From Candidatus Poseidoniales archaeon (GTDB lineage Archaea; Thermoplasmatota; Poseidoniia; Poseidoniales; Poseidoniaceae), in the NCBI GenBank assembly GCA_013911465.1, contig JACETE010000003.1, positions 1-44,799 on the forward strand: 44,799 nt of DNA, written 5' to 3'. Positions 27,856 to 37,600 of the stretch are shown in pieces. A program made the translations under genes and the position numbers. The first letter of the stretch is position 1. Every line of letters begins with the position of its first letter. A model generated the notes under the pieces. The model was not told where the DNA came from. It searched no databases and saw only the letters and a program-made list of their open reading frames with translations.

Positions 27856-28824
27856 TCAGGGTTTGAATTCATCGAAATGAAAACCAGGGTCATCATCCTG
27901 CTGAACATCACCTGGTCTGGCAAGAGTTGGCGCAAACATCAGTTGAATCATCGGCCATAACTCGACAAAATGTTGCATATTTTCTGTGATGAATGCCTCG
28001 ACATCACCCTCATCAGCATCCTGCATTGTTCTCAGGTCATCGGCAATAATCCCAAGCTGTTGAAGTTCTTCTGCTCCGCAAAGTTCCATTTCATGACATG
28101 TCTCAATCAAGGTTTCAATCAGGTCAGCGATTTCTATTGCCGAAAGCGGTTGAGGTTCACTCTCGAGAATATTTACGGGGCCAAACGATACAGGGCCAAG
28201 GGAAGTCGGTTCTAGATGGTCGAATTGGCGTTCTATTTTCATCAGTTCTTGGCTGTGATGATCTCCAATTGGTGCGATGACAAAACCACCTTCAGCGATA
28301 CGTTCTTCCATCCAATTTGGAACAGCATCAACACTACCAGTAATCAACACCCTGTTGAGTTCACCTGGTAGCTCGATTGGTGCAACCTCGATGGATTCAA
28401 CGTGTCGAATGTCCACTGTTGGCCATCCAGCGAGAGCGTTTGCAGTATGACGTACGATTTCAAGAGAAGGATCGATAACAACCACCCGCCCATTTTCTCC
28501 AAGAATTGTAGCAATGAGTGCGGCCAAATATCCTCCTTTGGATCCAACGATGAGAACCTCTTGCTCTTCCTTGAGTTCGAGATTGTGGAGTAAAGTAACA
28601 ATCATGTGAGGTGCTGAAATGGTTTTGACTCCTCCGTTTTCAGTTTCCATGAATACGACTGGGCGATCATGAAAGAACCCATCAAAATCGTAGGTTGTAA
28701 ACTGTTCAAGATGAAGCGTATACATTGCATTCCGAACAGATTCAGGAACTTCGATTCCGGAGTTTGAAATCCGGTCCAGAAGTTCTTTCATCTCCTCCAT
28801 AAGATTCTGACTGCGCAGTCTCAT
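27856..28824 (-). CDS. Protein-L-isoaspartate O-methyltransferase-like protein with acidic C-terminal extension
   Basis: TISAPHM...L..L.L, VL.VG..GGY.AA, VP......GG.VIAPIG, V.F.P. SAM motif I is atypical. Confidence 0.7.
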   Translation of the reverse strand: MRLRSQNLMEEMKELLDRISNSGIEVPESVRNAMYTLHLEQFTTYDFDGFFHDRPVVFMETENGGVKTISAPHMIVTLLHNLELKEEQEVLIVGSKGGYLAALIATILGENGRVVVIDPSLEIVRHTANALAGWPTVDIRHVESIEVAPIELPGELNRVLITGSVDAVPNWMEERIAEGGFVIAPIGDHHSQELMKIERQFDHLEPTSLGPVSFGPVNILESEPQPLSAIEIADLIETLIETCHEMELCGAEELQQLGIIADDLRTMQDADEGDVEAFITENMQHFVELWPMIQLMFAPTLARPGDVQQDDDPGFHFDEFKP

Positions 28825-28839
28825 AAAAACATGAGCGAA

Positions 28840-29709
28840 CTAAGAGATGTCCTCTTGGATGCGTTTGAGGATCTCCTCGGGATTATCGCTAATGTCAAGT
28901 TCCGGCGCACTTTCCAACTCTTCTGGTTGTTCTGAAGCGATGTTCTCTTTGATACGATTTAAGAGTCCAGCGAACGATTCTGTTTGATATGCTTCTGTTT
29001 GATCCATGTCAACTTCCATGGTATCGACAATCGCTCGAGCCTGTTCTGCGGATAACCGAACATCGGTCATTGATGAGAACATATCATCCATCAAAATCCC
29101 CTCAATCTTCGTCAAATGCTCGGAAATTGTCGCTCTCGCAAGTCCAAGTTGTTCTGCCAGTTCTGTGATTTTAATCCGTTTTGGCAAGTCATAATATCCT
29201 CGATCATAAGCGAATTTGGCAAGTTTGAGTTGCTTTTCAGTCAGGACCGAGTCGTGATTTTGAGGAGTTAACTTGAGCGTGCGAGCACTTGTTCGATCGG
29301 GTTTAGCCATAAGTCGTAGCACTCCGGACAAGAGGCGCAACTTGATGGAAGAACCTTGGAGGATGTAGGTCAGACCCTCCTCATCGAGTTTTGATCCTGC
29401 GACTGCGTACGTACCATTCGTCCGAGCATTGAGGATTGGAAGCGGATGGATCACCCTGCAAATCACGAGGTTCCCTTCCTCGGGGTTTTCTGATGTTTGA
29501 ACGACTTCCAGGACCTCCAAGGATTCGATTCTTTCGAGGTCATCAAGAGTCATGTTTTCATGGAGATGAATTTTGAACAGGCATCGAATATCTTTCGGAA
29601 CCCGTTTAATGTAAGATAGAAATTCGATTCGCTTTGCAATGTTCGATACAGAACTGATGCCAATGGCGTCCAAACGGTCGTATTTCCAAAAAAAGGCTAC
29701 CTCCCGCAT
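28840..29709 (-). CDS. HTH_10 (bacterio-opsin activator-type) transcriptional regulator
   Basis: LTEKQ...A..AYDRGYYDLPKRI...ELA..LG....T.SEHL..IE. Confidence 0.85.
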   Translation of the reverse strand: MREVAFFWKYDRLDAIGISSVSNIAKRIEFLSYIKRVPKDIRCLFKIHLHENMTLDDLERIESLEVLEVVQTSENPEEGNLVICRVIHPLPILNARTNGTYAVAGSKLDEEGLTYILQGSSIKLRLLSGVLRLMAKPDRTSARTLKLTPQNHDSVLTEKQLKLAKFAYDRGYYDLPKRIKITELAEQLGLARATISEHLTKIEGILMDDMFSSMTDVRLSAEQARAIVDTMEVDMDQTEAYQTESFAGLLNRIKENIASEQPEELESAPELDISDNPEEILKRIQEDIS

Positions 29710-29754
29710 GGTTTGGACTCCATGTTCATCGAAATAAGTGAATCGACCTAGCGT

Positions 29755-30387
29755 TTATCTCATCTCAAGCCATCCAAGGAAGGTTGCAATGGGTAGAAAA
29801 ACAGCCAGGAGCATGTTGATTCGTTTTCGTTGATTACGCAAACGTTCGGGCAACTCAGGCGAAATTTCAATTGCTGAAGTATACCTTGATTGTCTTGTTT
29901 TCGGAAATTGGTTATCCAAAATAGAGAGGACATTTGCACGAAGATCGGGTTCTCTGCTGCCACTAACGCCACGTCCAACCATATATCGAACAGGGAATTC
30001 TTCGGCAAGAGGTGTCGTAGCATTGAGGATTTCATGGACCCGACTCGAATCATGGAGGTCGATTCGAACGGTCCTTCCATCGCTTCGTACGTGACTGAGA
30101 ACCCTCCACTTTCCTTGGCCTTCATCCATCCCTTCCAAGGCTTCCATGGTACGTTGAATCGGGGGCGTACTTGAAATCACGGGACGTTCTCTTCTCGCCA
30201 AGAATGGGCCAAGGAGAATCCCACCGACCATTGGGAACAAGGTGATGAGGTATACGATTCTCAGCAATTCTTCAGGACTGGTTAAAGCCGATACGAGAGC
30301 CAGACTGAATCCGAAGTACAGGCCAAGAAAGGCTCCAGCTTGAATCCCAAGCCACAAGCCTACGGGTTCGGTTGAGCCCTCTGCCAT
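29755..30387 (-). CDS. Membrane protein with putative Smr-like soluble domain
   Basis: Two N-terminal and one C-terminal hydrophobic helices flank RIDLHD...RYMVGRG...LRANVLSIL. Start ATG 30387 or TTG 30432. Confidence 0.55.
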   Translation of the reverse strand: MAEGSTEPVGLWLGIQAGAFLGLYFGFSLALVSALTSPEELLRIVYLITLFPMVGGILLGPFLARRERPVISSTPPIQRTMEALEGMDEGQGKWRVLSHVRSDGRTVRIDLHDSSRVHEILNATTPLAEEFPVRYMVGRGVSGSREPDLRANVLSILDNQFPKTRQSRYTSAIEISPELPERLRNQRKRINMLLAVFLPIATFLGWLEMR

Positions 30388-30457
30388 GTGAACTCCAAAC
30401 CACTGGATGAAAAGAAACCGTCGATGCGTCAAGGATTAAATGATTCAATCTTGAGGC

Positions 30458-31162
30458 ATGTTCATGCAACGAAACGGCCTCGAATCGAGAACAAGGGACC
30501 GGAAAGTCGGTCGTTGGATTGGTGGAATCAGTTTCTTCTTTCTCGTATCCTTCTTCCTTGCTCCCGCGCTAGCCGATTCTGGTACGATTGTTGAACTCTC
30601 TGGTAGAGCCAATATGTTGGATTACCACAATTCAGACAATGATGCAAATTTCACGTGGACTGAATTGAATTTTTACAGTGCATCGATTTATGCATTTGGT
30701 GATCTCAATTGCCACAACAAGCATGAACGTTCTTGGACAATTAATGGAAATCAAATGCCAGTTTGCGTTCGAGACGTTGGAATTTTTGCCGGTCTTGCAC
30801 TTGGAGGATTTGTCTATTCACGACGAGGTGTCAATCGATGGACTGTACGTGATACATTTCTCTCAATTTTGCCAGATGAAACCTTGCAACCAATCTATAC
30901 ATCAAATCGAAGAACGCTCGTTTTCGTCGCAATAGGGCTTCTTTGCGTAGTCCCTTTGGCATTGGATGGGTTCACACAACTCCTCACCGACCGTGAATCG
31001 ACCGCCTTTCTTCGACTGGTTACAGGCATTCCTTTTGGTCTTGGGTTGGGATTATTTTTCGCTGCTGCTTACAGCGCTCGTCCTGCCAAATTCAACGGTC
31101 CTGGACAAGTTCGATTACCAGGAAACGTTCGATTTCAACGTCCTCCTCAAGAAGAAGAGTGA
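30458..31162 (+). CDS. DUF2085 family membrane protein
   Basis: CHN..ERS....G.QMPVC.RD.GIF.G and P.ALDG.TQ......S...LR..TG...G. Confidence 0.8.
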   Translation: MFMQRNGLESRTRDRKVGRWIGGISFFFLVSFFLAPALADSGTIVELSGRANMLDYHNSDNDANFTWTELNFYSASIYAFGDLNCHNKHERSWTINGNQMPVCVRDVGIFAGLALGGFVYSRRGVNRWTVRDTFLSILPDETLQPIYTSNRRTLVFVAIGLLCVVPLALDGFTQLLTDRESTAFLRLVTGIPFGLGLGLFFAAAYSARPAKFNGPGQVRLPGNVRFQRPPQEEE

Positions 31163-32499
31163 TCCGGAGGGGGCATTGACCACCAGACAATGAGTTGTTC
31201 TGAATTTTCAGGAACCGGACAATGCTCATGCCCGCTCGTCAGAATGTGAAGTCTCTCGATGGTATTCTCCACTGCTTTGTTGAGTTGAGCATTGTTTTGA
31301 TCAAGAACCTGCTCAAGGGCCTTTTCCCAAGGTAGGTCCGGGTTGTTCTTTCTCCAGGTGGATAAAGCGACACGAAATGGCCACATCGCCAGTGTCAGTC
31401 GAGCGAATCCAATCCATGTGTCTCGAAGTTTGAACACCTGCCCTTCTGCGAAGGGGATGTGATTTTGTTGGCGATGTATCCAATTGGCTTCTTCCAACCA
31501 TTTCACCAGTCGCTGAGTGTGGCGTTGTGTTACCATTCGATGAGGGCCCAGAGATTTGTGAAGCCGAGGTATTTCACAAGAACCTGCCATGAGAGATAAT
31601 GTCCCAAGAATCGACCAACTTGATCGTGCAAGCGGATTGCTTGGAACATCTGACTGTCGCGCTTGGCTAGAATCCCATTCATTTTCTGCACTATGCATCC
31701 ATTGTGCAGGGGATCTTCCACTCAACCAGCCGATGTGAACCGATGTGCGTTCCATAGGCGCTCCTGGCAATCGTGTTTGCTTCTGAACATCATGGGCCAG
31801 TTTGTTGAGTAAGTACCGGTCTACTTTATCTGGGTCGACATTGAGTGGTATCGGTCTTCGGTTGAAAAACGAACGCAATTCTCGGCGTAATTTTTGTCGT
31901 AATTCATCCAAGCCTCCTTCGTTGAGGATTGGCCCAACAATGCAACATTTGTCAAACGGAGAGGATACCTGAATGGCTCCTGTAAAAAGGTCATTGAATC
32001 CTTGTCGAATTGTCTTTTGAATCTCAGGTGTCTCAAAATACTCCTGTTTGTCGCTACTCATACGCAGGGTTGCGTGCTTGATGCGTTCAATTGCTCTGTC
32101 AGGGTCGCAATCAATCCAAACAACAAGGTCGGGTATCATTGAGGCTGAGTTGACTTGACAGACAGTATCGATTCCAAGTTCCCCAACTACGCCCTGATAG
32201 ATTATCGAAGAGTGTATGTTTCGATCGGAAACAACAACTTCTCCACGTTCCAGTCGAGGCTTGATCCATGTGTGAGAGTGGTCAAGTCGATCTGCTGCAA
32301 AGAGACCAGCCTCTTGGAGAGGGGTTTTGTCTCCGACTTTGACGGCTTCCAAAGCGAGCCGACCAAGGTCGCTATGGCGTCGTGGCTCATGGGTTTGATG
32401 AACTTCACTGAATGGGTATTGCGCTAAAAGCTCAGTAAGGATTCGGACGGCTTCGCCTTTTCCAGATCCGTCTCCACCTTCAACGGTGATGAGATACAT
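31147..32499 (-). CDS. tmk: Thymidylate kinase with long C-terminal extension
   Basis: ITVEGGDGSGK, T.EP, LFAADR..H, VVSDR...SS..YQG, PDLVVWID. About 240 extra residues follow the kinase domain. Confidence 0.85.
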   Translation of the reverse strand: MYLITVEGGDGSGKGEAVRILTELLAQYPFSEVHQTHEPRRHSDLGRLALEAVKVGDKTPLQEAGLFAADRLDHSHTWIKPRLERGEVVVSDRNIHSSIIYQGVVGELGIDTVCQVNSASMIPDLVVWIDCDPDRAIERIKHATLRMSSDKQEYFETPEIQKTIRQGFNDLFTGAIQVSSPFDKCCIVGPILNEGGLDELRQKLRRELRSFFNRRPIPLNVDPDKVDRYLLNKLAHDVQKQTRLPGAPMERTSVHIGWLSGRSPAQWMHSAENEWDSSQARQSDVPSNPLARSSWSILGTLSLMAGSCEIPRLHKSLGPHRMVTQRHTQRLVKWLEEANWIHRQQNHIPFAEGQVFKLRDTWIGFARLTLAMWPFRVALSTWRKNNPDLPWEKALEQVLDQNNAQLNKAVENTIERLHILTSGHEHCPVPENSEQLIVWWSMPPPDHSSS

Positions 32500-33320
32500 T
32501 ACTCCACCTCAACATCCTGAAATTCATTGCGTGCTAAGATCATCAAGCCCATTCCGCATAGAATCAAAAATGGTCCGAATACAATGAATCCACGACTAAA
32601 CAAGGAGAAGCCAGCGAGGTATTGTGTCCGCCTGTATTTTGTCCCTCGCCTTGCGTTAACTGCTGCATTAAGGCCAACAATACCTGCGATAATTGTAGCC
32701 AATGCAATCCCTGTTGATAGCGCAATTGCATTTTCAAGTGACCAGCCAGAACTCTCTTTTGTGAAATCTTCTTTCAGAACTTCATTCCCCTCTACGAGAG
32801 TAAACGGTGTTTGCGTAGCACTTGAAGGCGAGAAGGTCCGCTCAACGGTTGAATAGGATTCATAGGTAATTCTGAGAATATGGGGTTTTGTGATCACATT
32901 TTCAAGTTGATAATAGCCGTACGAATTGGTTTCTGTTGTTTGGAGAACATTGTTGGTCTCTCTATCGATGAGTTCGATCAAAACTCCTTCAATTGAATCT
33001 CCCGATTCTGCTTCAATGACTACCCCGTAAATGTCAACCGTTGATTCCTGATTGAGAGAGCCATCCAACAATTCTGCTGGGTTTCCTTGAAGCAAAAGGA
33101 GTCCAGTAATGATTCCAAGCACACTTCCAACGAAAATGAGAGAGGATGCTAGGGCAAGCAATCCATTTGTTTCTTCGATCATAAGGAGGTCTTGCCCTTC
33201 AGTCGTCGATTCAATAATTTCAGTGTCTTGTACAACGAGCTCTTCTTCTTCAGGTTCATTGCCAGAAAGCTTCTGCTGTACACGAGCGCGTAATGCATCA
33301 CGTCGCTCGTTTATGTCCAT
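32499..33320 (-). CDS. Membrane protein with carboxypeptidase-regulatory-like (prealbumin-fold) extracytoplasmic domain
   Basis: TM helix, then GVVI..ESG..IEGV.I.L.......T.TN..GYY.L, then 2-3 C-terminal TM helices. Confidence 0.65.
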   Translation of the reverse strand: MDINERRDALRARVQQKLSGNEPEEEELVVQDTEIIESTTEGQDLLMIEETNGLLALASSLIFVGSVLGIITGLLLLQGNPAELLDGSLNQESTVDIYGVVIEAESGDSIEGVLIELIDRETNNVLQTTETNSYGYYQLENVITKPHILRITYESYSTVERTFSPSSATQTPFTLVEGNEVLKEDFTKESSGWSLENAIALSTGIALATIIAGIVGLNAAVNARRGTKYRRTQYLAGFSLFSRGFIVFGPFLILCGMGLMILARNEFQDVEVE

Positions 33321-33340
33321 GTTGTATCCCCTGAATGGAG

Positions 33341-33384
33341 GTTGTGCGCGAAAAGCGAACGCCCCCAGTATATCCGCGCACGAC
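33341..33384. other. GC-rich intergenic stem-loop
   Basis: GTTGTGCGCG (33341-33350) pairs with CGCGCACGAC (33375-33384), one mismatch/wobble, 24-nt loop. Lies just after the M28 stop. Confidence 0.4.
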
Positions 33385-33387
33385 GGC

Positions 33388-34527
33388 CTACCGTTTCAAA
33401 CGCACGCTTTGATGAAGGACGACAAATCCAACGAAAATCAAGCCTGTGAGTCCAAACACCACTCCTGCAACGACGGGTCCAAAGGTAGAGGAATCGATTT
33501 CAATGGGCTGTGAGGTTGATTCGTTTTCAACTTCTATTTCTTTCAACCAAGAACCCTCCAGTAAACCCAGTTCCAGTAAGCGGCCTATATGTGCCAAAGA
33601 TTCAGCAGAGACCTTGTCGGGTGTGTCATCGTGCGTATGCCAATACCCTCCCCATGCACTAGCATTTTCTCCGTATCGAATGTCTATGAAATCAATGGCG
33701 GGAATGCCTACATTCAACATTGGCACGTGATCATCGTTGACGCCATCGGTTTTTGAGAAATTGACAATATCTTGGCCTGGATTCCCGTCGCACCCAGTAA
33801 CGTTGTCTACCAATCCGAGAGGTTGAGATAGGGATTCCACCGAATCCCACAAACGGTCTCCTTCAGGGTCGCCGAGGTAGGGTGGGTATGTGCGATGAAT
33901 CTTCAAGTCTGCATCACCGATCATATCGACGAGGAGAAAAGAATCTATTCGTGCAATGTCTTCATCAGTTCGATTTTCTGCCCATGCTGCAGCACCTAGC
34001 ATTGATGGCGTTGGGCCCTGATCTTCAGCATCGGTGAGCAAAATCCAAACTTCATGATCAAGGTTCATCTCAGGAAGGATTCGAGCAAGTTCCCACAACA
34101 CTGCGACTCCGCTTGCCCCATCGTTAGCGCCTTGAATTGGAAGATCGGTCATGTTTGGGTCTTGGTCACGCTCAGCTCTGTCTCTTGAGTCATAGTGTGC
34201 AGCGAGGACGACGACAGGCCCGAACTCAGAGGCATCTTCTGGAATCAGGCGCCCCTCAAGATTCGTTAAGTTGTAACCACCTCGTTGGTGAGGGTCCAGT
34301 TGCCATTCGAACGCTCCTCTGGTCTCCATGAACCAATTTCGAAGTTCCATTGATGCGTTGCTTCCAGGGGTGCGGTATCCGAAATCAACTTGAGTTGTAA
34401 TGCTTTGATTTGCCTTCACTCCATCGAATTGTAATTCTTCAACAGTATCGCAAACCTCAGTTGCTGATACGGCTGGTGCAGCCAAAGAAGCGGCCAAAAG
34501 AGTGGCCAAAAGCATCATTGTTCTCAA
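33388..34527 (-). CDS. M28 family metallopeptidase / glutaminyl cyclase-like, secreted and membrane anchored
   Basis: Signal peptide, R.PGS, AHYDSR, GANDGASGVA, DAED, DMIGD, DDHVP, YWHT..DT, C-terminal TM helix. Confidence 0.85.
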   Translation of the reverse strand: MRTMMLLATLLAASLAAPAVSATEVCDTVEELQFDGVKANQSITTQVDFGYRTPGSNASMELRNWFMETRGAFEWQLDPHQRGGYNLTNLEGRLIPEDASEFGPVVVLAAHYDSRDRAERDQDPNMTDLPIQGANDGASGVAVLWELARILPEMNLDHEVWILLTDAEDQGPTPSMLGAAAWAENRTDEDIARIDSFLLVDMIGDADLKIHRTYPPYLGDPEGDRLWDSVESLSQPLGLVDNVTGCDGNPGQDIVNFSKTDGVNDDHVPMLNVGIPAIDFIDIRYGENASAWGGYWHTHDDTPDKVSAESLAHIGRLLELGLLEGSWLKEIEVENESTSQPIEIDSSTFGPVVAGVVFGLTGLIFVGFVVLHQSVRLKR

Positions 34528-34564
34528 CCGCTGACCCTCCTATTTGATGATGCTACAGACGCGG

Positions 34565-34613
34565 GGTATTAAATACCTCATTTCGATACATCGAATTGTG
34601 ATACCGTATCACA
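34565..34613. promoter_or_regulatory. Three tandem palindromes in a divergent promoter
   Basis: GGTATT-A-AATACC (34565-34577), TTCGAT-AC-ATCGAA (34582-34595), TGTGATAC-C-GTATCACA (34597-34613). Confidence 0.6.
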
Positions 34614-34631
34614 TTTTATTGAGGATTTCAT

Positions 34632-37600
34632 ATGTCTGAACGACGCTCCACTCAAGCCTTATTCCTCGTCTTTCTGATGTTGTCATCTGTTGTTGCTCAT
34701 GCCGCAGCGAATGAAACCGAACACGAGGTCGAAGATATTGAGGAGGAGATTGGTGTTGTATACGGCGATTTGTCCCAATTTAATGTCGAGACTGGTTCGC
34801 AATATCTTCTCATCGATGAGGATCAGCCAGTCGTTTCAGCAACCTCCTTCATCAAACAAGCATGGGTTGACGAAGGCCGTCCCGGAGTCAACGATATTCG
34901 ATATCAGCCTTCAATGGCGAGAGCAACATGCTCTCAGCATGTTGTCGGGGACACGCTCACCGTCCCAATTTCGGGCGGTTCAACCAGCGTCTATGTTGCG
35001 AAAACAACAGCATCCGTGGCCTTCTTGGTCCAATCTGGGCGAACCCTGTCTTCGACAGTTCTCCAAAATCTTGCCTCAACATGGGATCAGACCATCTATC
35101 CGACAATGACAACATACTTCGGCAAAGATTACCAAGACGGGCGAGGACTTGCTCCACCTGACAACGACAACAACTGTCAAGTTGAAATTGTGATTTACGA
35201 CATTGACGGTGCTTTCAACATCGGAGGATATTTTTCTCCTGGGACGGCAGCAACCCGTGAAGTCGTGTATGTTGATTTTGCAGACATTACATTGGCTTGG
35301 GGTAAGTCCATCATTGCTCACGAATTGCAACACTTGCTCCACAATGCGCAGGACCCGTACGAAAATCTCTGGTTGGATGAAGGGAATGCAGACGTTGCAA
35401 TCTATCTCTGCTTTGGCGCTGATGGGACCCTAGCTGGACACCTTAACGGCTGGACACAGCAATCTGATCTGAGTGTTCGATGGTGGAATCAAAGAAATGC
35501 TGACTACGGGGCAGGATTCATTTTTACAATGTATTTAGCGGACCATTTAGGCGGAGGTCCTGCTGTTCGGCAACTTGTTCAAGATTCAGCAACAGGTGGG
35601 CTTGGCGTAGAAAATCTAGCACTTTCTCCTGTGTCAGGACAATCCGGAAAGATCGGGAGAACCATGGGCGAGATTTTTGCCAATTTCTCCATTGCTGCTA
35701 CCATTGATTCCGATCAAGGAATTTACGGATTTTCCAATCTTGACCTGAATCCTTCATGCGGAGGGTCAACGTTCTGTCGGATCACCCCTGCGGATACCAA
35801 TTCAGATTGGTCCACTCCATGGAGCTCAACTGGGCATACCATGGAGGGTTGGGGCATCCGCTCGTTCAAGTTCACCCCCGGTTCTGCGTCCCCTGCACCG
35901 CTAACTCTCCGAGTTACATCGGACGTTTCGAATTTTGATGGCGTTCTTGTTTACAAATCAACAGCCGATGGACTTTGGTCGACCCAAGATTTAGATTTCA
36001 ACAACAACGTAGCAACCGGATTGATTCAAGGATTTGGCAATCTCACCGATGAAGTGTATGCTATCGTATGGTATGCAAGTACTGTCGCAGATTGCGATTA
36101 CACCTCTTGCGGCCCTTCGTATCCACAAGGAACAATTGACATCGAAGCCGCTCGAATCACCTCTCCCGCAACCATGATGCTGAACGGAACGACCCTCGGA
36201 GATAGAGATGGTGATGGGTCTGCAGATACTGTACAAGTCAATTATTCCATTCTCTCCAATGCATTCTTTGAAGACTTGGATGTTGATGTCCTTGTTCGTG
36301 ACAGTAACGGCACCGTCGTAGATACGATTTCCACTCGTGTACAAGCCGGGGGAGGTGTTCACGTGCCGGACAGTGTCTACTTTACTGCAAACAAAAACGA
36401 TCAGTACACGATCGCATTCACCATGAAGAACATGCTCGGAGCAGTACTCGATACAGAAACCACCTCGCCTCAGGCTCTATCCAACATGGCTCCAGTCGCC
36501 AATGCTTCGGTTTCGACCAACACCAGTCAGACGTATGAGAAAATCCAGTTCACGGGAGACGGATTTGATGCTTGGGGTCTTTCTCTTGATAACAACACGC
36601 TCCCTTACTTTGACCAGCCAATAGCGTATGCGTGGGATTTCGATGACAACATGACTTCAGGATTACGTTCCCCGTTACGATCCTTCTCCCAAGCAGGTGT
36701 CTACAATACGACTCTCAGGATCATGGATGTTGGAGGTACTTGGTCTGATGTAAGTATCAATCAACTCAACATCACTGATACCTCTGAGCCCATTCCAATC
36801 ATCACAGTGAACAACAACATCGTTGCAGATCGAATTGAGATTTTTACCAATCAGCGCATCATTTTCTCTGCTTATCAAACAGCGGATAACGTTCCTCTGG
36901 AATATCTCGACTTTACATGGAATTGGGGCGATGGTTCTGCAGAATCTTCCGGTCAGGGCATGTACACTGCAAACCATGAATGGGGTGACGTCGTTGGCCC
37001 GAACCAGACCTACACACTCACGCTTTCAGTTTCTGATGGCATCAACGTTGGTCAGAAAACCATCGAGGTCATTGTCAACAATCGCCAGCCATACCAAATC
37101 TTCTCTGACATTCTGAACACATACACTTACACTCCCTTGTTGATGCCAGATGTCTTTACCGACGATGACGGAGAGAATCTCTCCCTCAGTTGGGCATTTG
37201 AGGATGGTGTCAATCTTGATGGCGTTGAAGTGGACCGAACCGATGACTTCTCTTCGACCTCCTCTGCAGCCTTCTATCCAGCACCCGCTTGGAACACTCC
37301 AGGGACAAAGAACATCACCGTTACAGTCACGGATGAAGATGGTGCAGTTTCAATTGCAGAACTTCGTGTCAATGTCATCAACCAACTCCCTGTAGCGAAT
37401 TACATCGTCAAGGAATCAGGTGCAACGGGCGCACCTCAGGTGAATTTCTTGGTCGATGATGCTCAGGTGAATGTGCCTTACACGTTCGATGGACGAACCA
37501 GCTTCGATATTGACGGAACAACCGGTACGTACAATGATTTGACATTCAATTGGTCCTTCCCTGATGGCACCTTTAGCAACAAAACACTCCCTGCTTACTC

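Noticed and set aside
28840-29709. Bat-type HTH as evidence of a rhodopsin locus
   Set aside because: HTH_10 is a widespread archaeal regulator domain. No opsin or PAS/GAF domain is evident here.
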